Made by a program: the position numbers and the translations under genes
In this document: positions 34,204 to 48,454 of the stretch, in pieces
Numbering within the stretch: the stretch's first letter is position 1
How the letters are laid out: every line of letters begins with the position of its first letter
NCBI GenBank assembly: GCA_043228905.1
Contig: JBHGNT010000007.1
Location: forward strand, 6,510,001 to 6,574,000
Direction: 5' to 3'
Origin: Azolla caroliniana
Taxonomy: Eukaryota; Plantae; Polypodiophyta
Length of the DNA stretch: 64,000 nucleotides
Notes under the pieces: model-generated
Database searches by the model: none
What the model saw: only the letters and a program-made list of their open reading frames with translations
What the model was told of the DNA's origin: nothing

Positions 34204-36159
34204 CTGTACTCAGGCATCTTCATCTTTCCCTTTTCTTTGCGCGTAAACCATCTTCTCGGTTTCTGGCGAAGGAACTGCACGACCGAGTCTCCACTACTTG
34301 CCAGCTCTTCATCTGAATGGTTGTTCCAACTCAGTTCCTCATTCGGCCCACTTAACCGGAATGAGATCAAAGTCTCTTCCAGAGCTCCGATTTCTTCTTC
34401 ATCCAGGGGTATCTCGCCCTCACTGGCTTCATCCTCAAAATTCAGAATGGAGTTGATGGGGGTTGGAGATGCAGACAAGTACCAGGAAGCTTACTCATCG
34501 AATACGACATCATGGCTTACTCGAACCTCTTTTGTTCGGATATTATAGCACTTATAACCCTTTTGATCATCCGAGTGGCCGACTAAGATACACTTCTCGG
34601 CTTTGGCGTCTACCTTCCTCCGCTTCTCCTTCGGCACATGCACACATGCTATGTTGCCGAACACCCTAAAGTGTGCCAAGTTCGGCTTCTTCCCGAAATA
34701 CAACTCATGTGGCAACACTCCTTCATTTGCAGATATCTGAGTCTGCAGATAAACGGTTGTCTTGACTGCTTTGGCCCTATAGAACTTCGGCATATGCTTC
34801 TCCTCGAGCATCGCTCATGCCACTTCCTCTATCAACCGATTCTTCCACTCGGCCACGTCGTTCTACTGTGGTGTGTATCTGCAAGAGAATTTGCGTCGAA
34901 TTCCTTCCTTTTGCAGATAACTAGAGAACTGGTTGGAAAAATACTCCTTTTCGCCCTCGATCCTGAGGCATTTGATCTTCCATCCGTTTTCCCGTTCAGC
35001 AAGGCTCTTCACCTTCAACAAACAGGAGAAGACTTCACTCTTCTTCTCGATCATGCATGCCCAGGTATGCCAAGTGAAGTCATCAATGAAGGGCACGAAA
35101 TATCGGCTCCCTCTAATGCTCACCTTCTGTGTTGGTGCCCACACATCCGAATGGATTAAATCGAGCTTATTTCGCCTCCGATTTCACTCGTTGGGGAATG
35201 GAAGTCAATAATGCTTCCATAACTTGTTGGCTTTGTAAATTTGGCCCTTTTGTCCATTGAATTTTGGCAAGCCGAAAATGATTTTCTTTGTCTGCATCTC
35301 CCAAAGCTGTGAAAAGTTGGCGTGGTCGAACCGCTTGTCCCATATGTCAATGTTTGATTCGACTTTCTACCCTTTGGCGAACATAGCAGTGTCGACGTCG
35401 TTCGTTTCGAGGATAAATATCCTCCCTTCTCAACGCCCTTGTGTGATAACCTTGCCTTCTTCTTCGATGAAGCATCTAAGGTGAGTAAATCGAACTTGCA
35501 TGCCCTGGTTGACAATTTGTTTGACTGACACCAAGTTCTTGGTTATTGTCAGCACATGCAAGACATTTCTCATGATTCCTCTCTGGCCGACATGGCTTAG
35601 AGGGACATCGTCGATGTGTTCAATGGGGTGAGGGGTGTCATCGCCAATTTCAACGACCCTTGGCTGCTCCGGCTTCTCCAGAGTCGAGAACCACTCCTTG
35701 TGATTCATCATGTGGTTCGATGCGCCGGAATCCACATAGCACACCTTGTTCGATCTTGAGGTGTTCAACGCCATTGAGTTGACCTCATGTTTCATTACAA
35801 AGGTTGGGCTTGTTCCGGCTCGCCCTGAGCCTTCTGTGTTGTGCGATCTTTGACGCCTTTCTGCGTCACCTCAGTTCGAGTCGGCGTTCTTTTTACACCA
35901 CTTGCTCTCTCTATGGCCCTTTCGGCCACAGTACCAACAGTCCATTGCAGCCTTCGCTTGTCGGCTTCCTACACCGCCTTGACTCCCCCTACTCGTGGGG
36001 GGTCCGAAACTGCCATCGGCCTTTCAATTATGCCTCAAGTTCTGCTCCTATCGGCCACCTCCATTGCTTGCCAATCTTCCTCGTCCCCCACGACCACAGG
36101 GCCTACCTGCCTATGTGTACAACATCTTGCATCGGTGTGCATACTCATCGACGCACTTG

Positions 36160-36442
36160 TGTGGTTCTCTAAACCAAAGGGAGAGACCGTTACATCAGGT
36201 TCTTAAGGCAGCCGTTTTCTGTCCCCCTCGATCTCCTCCCATCAATCCCCTTTATTCCTCTATTCGTGTGACCATAAAGTGCCTATTGAATCCCTTCCAC
36301 CTGGTATTCCTCAATACTCAATTAATATTACATTATTTATACATGTTTGTACATAAAGACAATTTTAGCGTGCATCCGTGCACACCCCCATTCATGCGCA
36401 TACGGCTTTGTTTTCTTCCTATGGCTGGAATCCTTCATGACA
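36160..36442 (-). repeat. Truncated LTR related to the solo LTR at 18906
   Basis: Reverse complement begins TGTCATGAAGGATTCCAGCCATAG, like 18906; it is fused to the copia gag by a deletion. Confidence 0.75.
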
Positions 36443-36579
36443 ATGTTGTCATCACACATCCTTCTTCGACTTCTTCTCCAAGGATGGTCGGTTGTAGGGC
36501 GTGCCAAAATAGTGTTGTAGGTTTTAGGGTTAGGGTTATTGATAATGATAGTGATGATGATTAGCATTCATGACGATAG

Positions 36580-39500
36580 TGTTGGGAAATCAGTCCCTTT
36601 GGATAGGATCCGGTGATGAACGAAGAGGACCCAGTGAGAACCGGGAGAGATCTAGAAACCGGAGGAGACCCGGTGAGAACCGGAAGAGAGACATATACGT
36701 AAATATGTTTTGAGTAAGCCTATTGAGGCTATATTTGTAAATAGCCCTAAGTTCATATAAGTATAAATATGACTTAGGGCAATCACTTTATAGAAGATGT
36801 TGTTGTCATATTGTTTGTAACTCTTGTACAGAGCACGATAGAGAGAGACAGAGTGTGAGATACAGAGTGATACTCTGTTGTAACCGCCGGTTAGTGAAGA
36901 CATAGAGCTCGAGGTCGTTGTCTCCGAGGCTCTGATTATACCTTTCTCCTATAGTGATAGTTGGAGTCCGTGGGCTCCCGTGGTTTTTCCCACTTAGGGT
37001 TTTCCACGTAAACATCATGTGTATTTCCTTGTGTACTCTTCATTTCCCATTTCTGTGTTTCATTCTCAAAGAAGTGATTCATTACTCAGTTGTGGCCGAG
37101 CAGTATTCCGCGCTATTCTCCTCAATTTGGTATCAGAGCAAACAACACGGCAAATGGAAGAATCGTTCGGCGGCATGTTCAAGCTCATCGGCTCCAACTA
37201 CTCAATGTGGAAATCGAAGATGAGGGATATGTTGGTGGTTAAAGATCTTTGGTTGCCGGTTTAGTTCGAGGACAAGAGACAGGATAAGATCGACACCACA
37301 GTGTGGGAGGTGATGCACATGAAGACGACGACATACATCCGGTGTTTCATTGACATGAGCATGTACAACAACTTCAATGAAGAGAGCAAGGCTCATGAAC
37401 TTTGGGAGAAGATCAGTATCATGTTTCAGAACAAGAATGCTATCAATCAGGTTTCGGTATTCCGGAAGCTAATGAGGCTCCGGTACCAAGATGGCTCCAG
37501 TATGGCGGAGCACATGAATGCCTTCCATGGGCTAATACACCAGGCAACCTTGTTGGAAGTACCTCTCGTCGATGAAGTACTCGCATTGCTCGTGCTCGGT
37601 TCCCTCCTGGATAGTTGCGAGACGTTAGTTGGCAAGTTAGACAACGTCGGTCCAGAAGGAAAACAGTTGTCCCTAGCAAGGGTAAAATCAAGCTTGCTAG
37701 ATGAAGAAGCTCGCCGGAAGGACCGGGAGTCCAGAACCGATCTGAAGGCCTTCGTCACAGAAGATGACCACAATTGGGGAAGAGGCTGGTATTGGAGTCC
37801 CCAAAACCGGGACAAGTCAGGGACGAGGTCGAAGTCAAGGGGGAGGCCTACTAGCTTCAACTGTGGGAAGCCGGGGCACTTCCAAAAGAACTGTCGGCAT
37901 TTATGGAAGGAGAAAGAAACCGGCACTACCGATTCGAAGAAGAGTTCGGACCAAAATGGTTCGAACCGAAGAGGCCCGGATCGGAAGGGAATGTCGGCAA
38001 TCGCGACAAGTGAAGAAGAACTAATGCTCATTACCAAAGAGAATGAGTTAAACCTTTTCGGCGATAAGACAATGTCGGTTGTCGATTCTGGAGCGTCATT
38101 CCACCTGACACTAGATCGGAAATGTTTCTCATCCTACACAGTCGGTGATCATGGTTGTGTCCGGATGGGGAATGATTGTACATGCCGAATTGCCAGCATA
38201 GGAGATGTGTTGTTGACGACATCAACCGGATGCAAGTTGTTGTTGAAGGATGTCTGACACGTTCCGGAGGTTCGACTGAACCTGATATCAGTCGGTCGGC
38301 TAGATGATGAAGGCTACACGGGTAACATCCAGAACGGAGTTATGAAGTTCTGCAAAGGGAGCCTAATAGTGGCCGAGCCCGGAAGTTCAACACATTGTAC
38401 TTGATGAATGCCTGGATATGCCGGGAAGAGGTGATTGTAGCATCCGACACTGCCGGTGAGTTGTGGCACAAGAGACTGTGTCATATGAGCCAGAAGGGGA
38501 TGAAGAGACTTGCCAAAGACAATCTCATTCCGATGAAGGACGTGCAACTTGAGAAGTGCACCGATTGTCTTGCTAGCAAGCAAAACCGAACCTCCTTCCG
38601 ATCAAGACCACCGATGAGACGGAATGCACCACTGGAGCTGGTGCATACCAATGTGTGTCAAGTGGACACGAAGTCACATGCCAGATCGTAGTACTTCGTG
38701 ACATTCATAGATGACCACATCCGGAAGCTGCGGGTCTCACCATTGAAGACGAAGGATCAGGTGTTATCCGTCTTCAAGGAGTTCCATGCAAGAGTGGAAA
38801 GAGAAACCGGCTAGAAGCTGAAGGCAGTTCGAGCAGATAACGGAGGAGAATACCGAGGGCAGTTCGAGGAGTACTGCCAGTCAAATGGAATCCGGCTCGA
38901 GTTTACTGTGCCGAAGACGCTAGAACTAAACGGGTTGGCCGAAAGGATGAACCAAACCATACTGGAGAGAGTCTAGAGCATGCTAGCATATGCAAAGTTA
39001 CCCAAGATGTTTTGGGTTGAGGCGCTAATGACGGCGACCTATGTGATAAATAGATCACCCTCAGCACCCTTGGAAGGAGACTCACCTCAAAAAGTATGGA
39101 CCGGTAAAGATGTATCTTACCGACATCTAAAGGTGTTTGGGTGTCTCACATATGTGCATGTTGCAAAGGACAAGAGAGCAAAGCTAGATCCGAAGTCCAG
39201 GCCATGCATATTCCTTGGATACGGCGATGATGAGTTCCGTTACCGGGTGTGGGATCTGGTTGACAAGGTGTTCCGGTGTCGGGACCAAAGAAGAAGAAGA
39301 AGACACCGGAACCGGATAGGATCCCGAATCGGATGAGGATGAGGAACAAGCGAAGGAACCGGTAGTCATAAGCCAAGGACGGAGATATCCTCTCCGAGAG
39401 AGAAGAACCCCCAGAGATTTCCGGATACAAAGCATGTGTTGCTAATTGATGAGGGGGAGCCAGAAAGCTTCGAAGAAGCAAAGAGAGACACCCACAACCG

Positions 39501-40650
39501 CAAGTCGTTGAGTGCCATGCAGGTTGAGATGGATTCCATGCATGAGAACCACACATATGAATTGATGGAGTTGTCGAAAGGGAAGAGAGCACTTCAGAAC
39601 AAGTGGGTGTACAAGTTGAAACTGGGAGATGCCGGAAATCCACCTAGGTATAAGGCTCGAATCGTGGTGAAGGGCTTCTAGCAAAAGAAAGGAGTGGACT
39701 TCGATGAGATTTTTGCCTCGGTAGTAAAGATGACATCCATCCGGACGGTATTGGGCATAGTGGCAAGCATGGACCTCGAGGTGGAGCAACTGGACGTCAA
39801 GACGGCATTCCTACATGGCGACCTCGAAGAAGAGATCTACATGCATCAACCGGAAGGATTTGAGAGGAAAGGGAAGGAGCACCCGGTGTGCCGGCTGAAG
39901 AAGCGCTTATATGGACTGAAGCAAGCTCCCCGGCAATGGTACCGGAAGTTTGACTCCTTCATAACCGACCAAGGGTACCACCAGACACAGGCCGATCACT
40001 GCGTGTTTGTGAAGAAATTTGGCGGAGGAGATTTCCTAATACTCCTCCTATATGTGGATGATATGTTGATCGTCGGACGAGACCAAGGCAAGATTCGGAT
40101 GTTGAGGAAGGCTCTGAACCAAACCTTCTCAATGAAAGACTTGGGTCCAGCAAGACAGATATTGGGAATGCACATCATCCGAGACTAGTCGAAGAAGCTG
40201 TTGTGGTTGTCACAAGAGAAGTACATGACAAAGGTGCTTCAATGGTTCAACATGTCGGAGGCGAAGCCGGTCGGATCGACACTTCCGACAAACAGCAAGC
40301 TATCCGGAAAACAAAGTCCGAGGACAAATCCGGAGAAGAGGGATATGATAAAGATACAATATGCCTCTGTCGTCGGGAGCTTGATGTACGCGATGGTATG
40401 TACCCAGCCGAATATCGGATATGCAGTCAGAGTGGTGAGCCGGTTCATGAGCAATCTTGGAAGAGAGCACTAGAACCCGGTCAAGTGGATACTCCGGTAT
40501 TTGAAAGGCACCATGAGTATGTGCCTCCAGTCCGGCTCTGGTAATCCCCAACTTGACGGATTCACGGATTCGGATATGTCGGTTGATGCGGATACCAACC
40601 GGTCTACATCCGGATATGTCATGACTTATGCAGGGGGAGCTGTTTCATGG
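36580..40650 (+). mobile_element. Ty1/copia (Tork/Tto1-like), degenerate, 3'-truncated in RNaseH
   Basis: LTR ~36580-37124; PBS TGGTATCAGAGCA at 37128-37140; gag MEESFGGMFKLIGSNYSMWK; CGKPGHFQKNC; VVDSGASFH; LWHKRLCH; RT QLDVKTAFLHG, SLYGLKQ-like and YVDDML; ends at AVSW. Confidence 0.92.
37128..37140 (+). promoter_or_regulatory. PBS, tRNA-iMet
   Basis: TGGTATCAGAGCA. Confidence 0.9.
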
Positions 40651-42899
40651 ATTATTATAAATTTCATTTTCTTCTTTCTTTCTTGTTTTGGCTTCCACGT
40701 TTTTTCTTCTCGTTCTTCCTTCCCCTTCTCATTCTTCTTCTTTTTCCTCTTCTTTCTCTTTCTTCTTGTTAATTTCACTCCTTCTTTCTTCACCTTTCAT
40801 CTTCCTAATGCTATATTCATCTTTGTCTATCATTCGTCTATCTTTCAATCACTGCCATTGCTATCTCTTTCTGGCCCTTCCGGCCATTTCTCCGGTCGCC
40901 GATTTTCGATCACCGCTGGCCATTCCAACCACTCTGCTTCATTGGAATGGCCGGCTTTCCCACGCCAATGTTTGGCCGTTAGGGATGTTCTACCGCTCCA
41001 AGCATTCCGGCCATCGTTGTTCGGTCGTTGCTTTTCTTGGCCGTTTCAGCCGCTGATTTTCAGTCATCGGTTGGCCGCCGCTTCAATCATCGTCGCTCTT
41101 GATCCACTCGCCTCTGTTCATTCTAGTCGCCTACGTTCGGGATTAACACCATTATCTCACATTTTGCATTTACATTATCGCGGTATTCCAAAAGCATGTC
41201 TAGGATTAGGGCGGGACCACCAGGACCTTGAACCAAGGAACCAAAGATAGAGAGAGATAGGTAGAGAAATTAGCCGAATTCATTCACAATGCACGGGCCT
41301 GCAAGGCAGTTCTGTCTGGACTTGTCATTGGATTCCGGATGATGAGCGCAGGGGCTCGGTCACGATCGCCCCATGGTTGAAGTTTCCATAGAGTTGCGTA
41401 CCTGTTTGAACAGGCACGGTTTGGGGGGTTATCTGAGAGTGGTGGATGCAACCCCTCACCCCGACACGCAGGAAATCGGACGAGCGTGCATCCTGACACC
41501 ATCACCAAAGACCAAATCCGGTCGGTGTTGAGCCTTAAGCAAGGGGGGGAACATTACATCAAGGCTTCGCCTCAAAACGTCCATGAAGCTCATTTCGGGG
41601 AATACTTAGTGTCGGCAAAGGTGTATCGTACACAAGGGGGGCCTAACGAGTTCTTTGGCAATCTGGACGGATTTCTTTTGGAGTTCGGATGTGTGGACGC
41701 TAACACGTACAACATGTCGAAGAAGAAGGCAAGAATAATCATCACCGCCTACAGAGGTGGTGTAATCCATTGGGGAATCCTCACAAGGGAAGGAGTTTGC
41801 GCCGGCTTGTCGGCTTTCCAAGCAAGGAAACGGTTCTTGCCTACTCTAGCACACTACTTATTAGTGCTCTACCCTCCCCATTCCACTACCGCACCCCGCT
41901 GAACCCTCACCCTTCCTGCCCCACCCACCCACCCAAGTGAAACGTCAACAAGCTTTACAATTAGCTCAAGAAGAATGGCAGAATGATATGCTTGTCCGAA
42001 CTCCAACCTCGCCACGACCAACCGTAGAGACCAAGGCCCAGGAGCCAAAAAACAACATCACCATAAGCGGGTGCAAAAAGACCAAGTCATCTGCCCCGGT
42101 GGAAAAACCAAAGTTCATATCGACCAGCCCGACGGTCGGGAGGAGACCCGGACAACCACGAACGATAGCAGGCAGTCATCCGTGGAGCGATCGAAATGAC
42201 TCTAAGAAGAATCTGCGGACGCGAAGAGAACATCCTCCTAGACAAGCTCCAGCAAAAAACGTCGCAGGCTGCAACAACGCAGTGAAGAGCAAAGGGAATC
42301 CTCGACCAAGAACCTCCAATTGGTCGTTGCTCCCAAACAAAACCCTGTCCTTTAGAGAATACAAAGAAGGGACAAGCGTCTCGTGTCTCAGAGGAAGAAG
42401 TGTTGACCCTCAGGGCATGCCCACCGAAGCCTATGAGCTCGGCGCGATCCGACTCTCGGCTTCTTTAGCCGATTCAGCCCTAGTTGAGCTTGCTTGCTCA
42501 ACAAGAAGGTTCAAGAAAGAGTACAAAATGTTGGAGATGGTTTATCTCATTGCCAATAGAAGATCAAGCCAACATACGCCAATAGATGGAATCAAGGGCG
42601 GATGGACTATGAGATCTAAAATTATGAATGCTCTATTGCTTAGGGAAGATGTTAATCAAAGGAGAACAATGGAGAAGTGGATAGGCTACGAGGAGGAGGG
42701 CTCTTTGAGCCCAAGAGGTAGGAAAACATCAAACAGGATCGAAGGCCATGAATTGCGAGACTATGAGATGTACCAACATTAAATATGGCAATTCGACTAC
42801 TCACATATATTGTTCATAAATGGATTGTAGATCCCAATCTGATCTAAGTACAACTAGAATGACACATATGTACTCATGAAAACACATGGCTACGTAAGG

Positions 42900-43780
42900 T
42901 TAGTTGGACCCTTTGCAATGGACGTGGCACGATCCTTATGCGAGTCAAGGAAGCAAAGCCATCCCTTTCTTCCAATTCACGAGTAGATTGGATCGCCACA
43001 TTCTAGCTACTCAAACCACCCGAGAGCCGATTGATGCAAAGATATGGCACACATATCATGTTCCCCATACAATTATCACCAAGTTTTGGCAGAAAATCTG
43101 GAAACAACAACACGCTAGGTGAATTACCACATTCCAATGGTTATTAATACATAGGTCACTACCGGTTTGAGTAGGGCAATGTGGGAACCTTAGCTCTCCT
43201 AATTGTGTAGCGTGCCCAAATGCAACAGAGTCTATCCGACACGCTCAATGGGACTGTCTAGAGACCCATGGAATATGGCGGGGGGTTGGCCGCCTATTGC
43301 AATTATGCCAAGTGCAAGGCACAATCATGTGGGAGAATGTATGTTGCTTATCATGGTAGGCCCTAGTTGACAAGTATGAGCATCATGAGAAGGGGATGAC
43401 TTTGGTAATAAAAGCACAAAATATTTTTTTCCCACCATCGACAATATCCACTCAACTCCTATTAATGCCAAACCTCAAGTTGTGTTGGAATTGGTCAACC
43501 CAACACCTCTTTGGATTCTATGAAAACAATGGTGTAGATGGGTTTTCTCCGACCAAACTATGCATCAAGTAATGTTAATGCACTGGGAGATACGTGTTAC
43601 GAATAGATAATGTGACAATGTGAAGTGAAGTTGTACGGTGTACCCACTCTAAAGAGCCAATATGATAGCCTCACGTGCAAATCCGATGATTAACCTTCAT
43701 CCAACAATAGTCATCCTCTCCATTTCTTGAGTCAATGAACATCCACATAAGATGGAACTATCACGTCCCTATAATGATTT
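42900..43780 (+). mobile_element. L1-type LINE 3' remnant (RT-associated zinc-binding region)
   Basis: FWQKIWK...ITTFQWLLIHRSLPV...CVACPNATESIRHAQWDC...IW, with stops. Confidence 0.7.
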
Positions 43781-46700
43781 GTATATAACACTCTCATTTG
43801 TAAAATTTTATAACTAAGGAATGAGTTTTTTTAGAAAAAAAGAAGTAGAAAAGTAAATCAATTTTTTAATCATAGAATATTACTAATGTTATAACCATCT
43901 TGTTGTGGACTCTCCCCATCAATTTGGTATTGCACGTACATTCGAGACCCTACCTTACCAACACTTTTAAATTAAACTAGACAAAGATGAGAATTGGAAA
44001 CTCCGTGCTTTGCAACTTACGGTTAAGGTTATGGCACAAACCAACCTTTAACAACAATATAATTTCCTTTTTAAGGAAACACACTTATAAAGAGGGAAAG
44101 TACAATATCTCATAAGGCTCGATATAAAATGTTCCTTCTTGTGCACATACATCAACGTTGAAAATTGCAACAATATTTTATTGGAACAAGGTATTGGCTT
44201 ATTTTGAGATTGAGACAAGATAATTACCCACAAGAGGATGTTGTGTTTGTAATGTGATGTGATGTCAAATACAACCTATTGAAAAAACACACAAAAAGAG
44301 AGATATTGCCATGATATCTATGCAATGACTATTTACTATTTCTTTAGGGCTAAAACAAAGTATTACAAGCCAAGGATTATCGACAACAATATTTTATTAG
44401 AACAAGGTTATAACTTATTTTAAGAATGATACTTTTATGCTTGAATTACCAACCATAGAATGTTGTGTGTAATGGTATGATCATGACAAGTGTATATGAA
44501 GTCTTTCATCAAACATGAATTGTTACCACCAAATGTATGCAATAGCTATTCACTATTTTCTTAGAGCTAAAACCATCGCATTACAAGCAAAGGATAAATG
44601 ACCAACTAAATGGTTTTCAAACAATGCATTTCTTACAAAAGAGCCTACATGTATGCACTTAAGTAAATGCTAGTGCACTTTCAAATCTATGAACCAAGAC
44701 TAGAATGTGAGGCAATGATAGGATTTGTGGCCTTTGAAAGTAGCAAAGGGTAGTAAAAACAATTTGAAAGAGTGATAGTACTAGAATAGAAAACTTGTAG
44801 CTATCAAGGTGGGTAGAGGAGAAATATGTCTCTCATCCATAGACAAGTAATTTTGTAAAGTGGTCGTCCAAAACAAAACATATGCCATGCTTGATATTGT
44901 ATTTATATAATAATTACATTCTACGGTGTAGGTTTGTAGCTTAAATGCAATTTATAACAAAGATGGTTCTCATTACAACCCAAACTCGTGCAACATTTGC
45001 CTGGCTTTTAATAGTCAGACTTATTATAAGGTAGGTGCAATATTTGTCTGCCGTTTAGGAGAGCCTAACATTTTGAATTGTAGCTCTCACGAGGCCTATC
45101 AAAATGTTATTAATAATAGATGACATATTAGCTCAAATGATTAAAACTTCCTATTTTCATATCGTCGGAGTATGTATATATTTGCTAAATCTTCCATGAG
45201 AAAAGCACTTAATTAAAATGGTTTCATGACTTTTATTATTATTAAAAGCATTTTATACCAGAATCTCCTAGTTTTTGGGTCGAATATGTAAAGGCAAACA
45301 CACACTAAACATATGTAATGGAAAAGCTCACAACTACATGTATAAAGTTGGTTACTACATAATGTGATCACTTGTCACAAAATTCCTTTATCCAACGTAC
45401 TAAAGGTAAAGATACATATAAGGGAGTGGTTACAAGTGTTATGCAATTTTTTAGGATACATTTGATACATATCAATTAATTACGAGCAATGTAAGGGAGA
45501 CAGACGACATTTTATTTTGAGGATGAGAATTATTTATAAAGCTGAAAACGTGGACAAGTATTGGAAAATTGTTGTGACCGAGATGAATGGGATTTAAAAA
45601 AATTTCCATCTATTATGACACTATGATTAATAAAATCAAGACCATCTCTCGCTTCAATTTTTAAGTTCACCAATGTTTGTGGTTGAAAACATTGTGTAAA
45701 GCAAGTGTGTGGAAGCTCAGAAGGATATAAATAATAGAAAATTCGGAGCGTTGACAATAACACTAATCGATCAATATGTCATGGCTTGCGTGTTGAAAAA
45801 ACGTATTTCCATTATGCAATAACTAGGGGTTTTTTTCTGCAATGGATAGCATCATCTTTCTACAATGCCACACTTGTTTTATTATTTCCAGGCTCCAGCT
45901 ATGATATTACATGGATTCACAAAAATGTCTCATATTTGTGCTTTTGGATATTTGCTAAATAAAATTAGAATGTCAATGGACAACCAAGTTATAAGTTTGT
46001 CATTCCAATCTCATTGAAATATTTTAAAATGCATGTCTCATGAAATGGTAGGTTGCAAGTCAAATCCTAACATCAATATAGGGTTTGGAATAAAAGACAC
46101 ATAGTGTATTCATACAATGTATATGCAAACCCAAGTGAAGTCATGTATTAGATACACTTAATAAAGACCATATATATTGGTGATACACTTGAACTCTAAA
46201 ACCTCTTGAATTGTGCACAATATCTAAAGTCTCTAAGATATGATGTATAACAACCCAAGCCTCTTACTAGAGCTTTAGCACCTAACATCATGTCATCAGA
46301 CAATTTAATTTATGAAAACACAATGCACGATAAAAGATAGGTTAGAATTATTATAAAAGTTATGCTTCTAACTACTTTTACTTTAAAAAGAGATTAAATG
46401 TTTTGTTGGCTCAAAGGAACTCTTTAAGATCGTAGAATCCAAAAGAGTCAGTGACAAACATTTATTTGTTGTTAAAGAATTAGGTCAACATTTCTTTTGC
46501 TTAGGGTAATGAATGAACACTTTGAATTGCACATAATCACACTTTTAACACACATGCATTGGCAATATGCAACATGAACTTTATTGACTAATCATCTTGA
46601 TCTTCATCATTTATACGTTTACCCTTTTAAAAATATAAGAATACACCTTATTATTCGAGTGAAAGGTTCTAATTTGTGAACAATCTTCTTATTTCATTTT

Positions 46701-48169
46701 AAGACAAATATGTTGAAATATATATATTTGATGAAGTTTGATGAAAAGTGTTACAAACACCACAATGGAGGTGGCACAATGCCAACACGTGAGAAGAAGC
46801 CTACTCGCTTTCAAGGATTTGCTTTGAAACTAGGATATTTACATGATCGATGATATCTCCAACATGATACACTTGAAGGGTGTGTCCTAGTATAAAGGCT
46901 TATGCCTTATGAATGTAGGACCTACTTCACTTACAATTGTCCATATGTGTTGTACATCTTCTTTAATGCTACATAAGTTAAAGCATATCAATGTTTTCAA
47001 GTACATACAAAGATAAGATCAATCATTTTGATGAGAGAATGGATCATGACTCATGAGTATAAATTTCCATTCTCGATTTTGTGTTTTTTTATTCGGAATT
47101 GAAAATGTTGGATTTATTTATAATATTTTGAAGTAGAAAAAGAAAGAAGCATTGGAGGTTATTGGCAAGCTACTGGATGAGGAGGGCGCATTTGGATGAA
47201 ACTAGGGCTCCTTGGTTGACATAAGGTAATGCGATCTAGTAGTAATTGGACAAATAAATAAGCCTACTCCGAAAACTATATTTATAAAATTTAACGAGTG
47301 CGATAGTTTCTAATTATGCTCCATGTTGTGCATAGTCCAATAAATGGTTTCAGTTAATTCAACTCAAAACACAAAAAGGAGGGTGGCTATATTGAATTAC
47401 TTCAAGATGGAAAGATAAGATTACAAAAGGGATTTAAACGTGCAAAAAGGTGAGATATATTTCATAACTTCTTGTTTGCTTGTAATACAATCACAGACAT
47501 CATATATGTCAATATAAATTGAATTGCATGCAAGTGGGGGCACTTGTCCGAGTAATGAATTAAACGACGCATAATAATGACACGATTTGAAGGGATCAAA
47601 CACAGCCTTTTCATATGGAACATTTCCAATGGAGTTTAGGCACCCATTATGTTTTGGAAGTCTTGGATCGATAGGAGGAGGGAAAATGGGAGATGGGTTT
47701 ACTCAGGGAAGATGTAGGCGGGGAAGGCTAGAATGGAGAAGCGTGGGCTATATATTTCTTGAGATTGGCAGAATAGAAAACAAGAAAGATTGAACATACT
47801 GATCTTTTTTTCTTTATCTTGGTCATTAGAAATCAGATTTGTATTGTATAGAAACCCTTTTTTTTTAATGTTTGGGTGGGGGTTCGAAAAGTCCGGAAAG
47901 GTGGTTTGATTGAGGGACATGGTTGCATTCTAGAGATTGGGAGAGTATAAAACAAGAAGATGGAACATACTGATCATTTTAATTTTAATTTATTTGTCTT
48001 GGTCACTATTAATCGAGATCTCTGGTGGCTGCATTGGCCGGGACATGATTCCTAGACTTTTGTTTTACATTGTCGGGAACGGGCGGGCGGAGCATCAGTT
48101 GGGCGGGGGATTTGATCCATCGATAACCATGGTCCATAACCATAACCGTGGGGCAAGTGCCAAGGATCG

Positions 48170-48422
48170 TAGTAATAATAATAACAAATAAATAAATAAA
48201 TAAAATAATAATAATAATAATGATAATATCATCATTTCATCATCATCATCATCATCATCATAAATAATAATAATAATATATATGAATCTATGATAATATG
48301 TAATAATAACACACGGTAAAGACAAAAGAACATATGGGGGCTACTACTCCCCAAGAGGTTTTGACTTGGGCTGGCTTTTCTTTCTCTGTGTGTTTATTTG
48401 TTTCGTGGAGACGTGAGAAGGA

Positions 48423-48454
<32 letters not shown>

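Larger units (their letters stand above)
18315..36155 (-). mobile_element. Old Ty1/copia, fragmented by nested insertions (outermost host)
   Basis: gag knuckle CWYCGRKGH (~35910-35945); protease YVDSGASNHM (35430-35795); integrase (34491-35144); linker continues in frame across 34204/20047 and 19827/18905 into EPESY-like...WRAAMDEE...PIGCKWVYKVK RT (18315-18905). Confidence 0.85.

Noticed and set aside
36521-36538. TTTAGGGTTAGGG telomere-like motif
   Set aside because: Only two units, too short to call an interstitial telomere.
40501-41250. 249-aa ORF with a hydrophobic Phe-rich stretch (env-like?)
   Set aside because: It is a chimera of copia RNaseH and pyrimidine-rich low-complexity sequence across a truncation point.
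43800-47600. AT-rich region with a diverged ~240-bp duplication (~44150-44600) and possible DNA-transposon relics
   Set aside because: I could not identify termini, TSDs or protein motifs.
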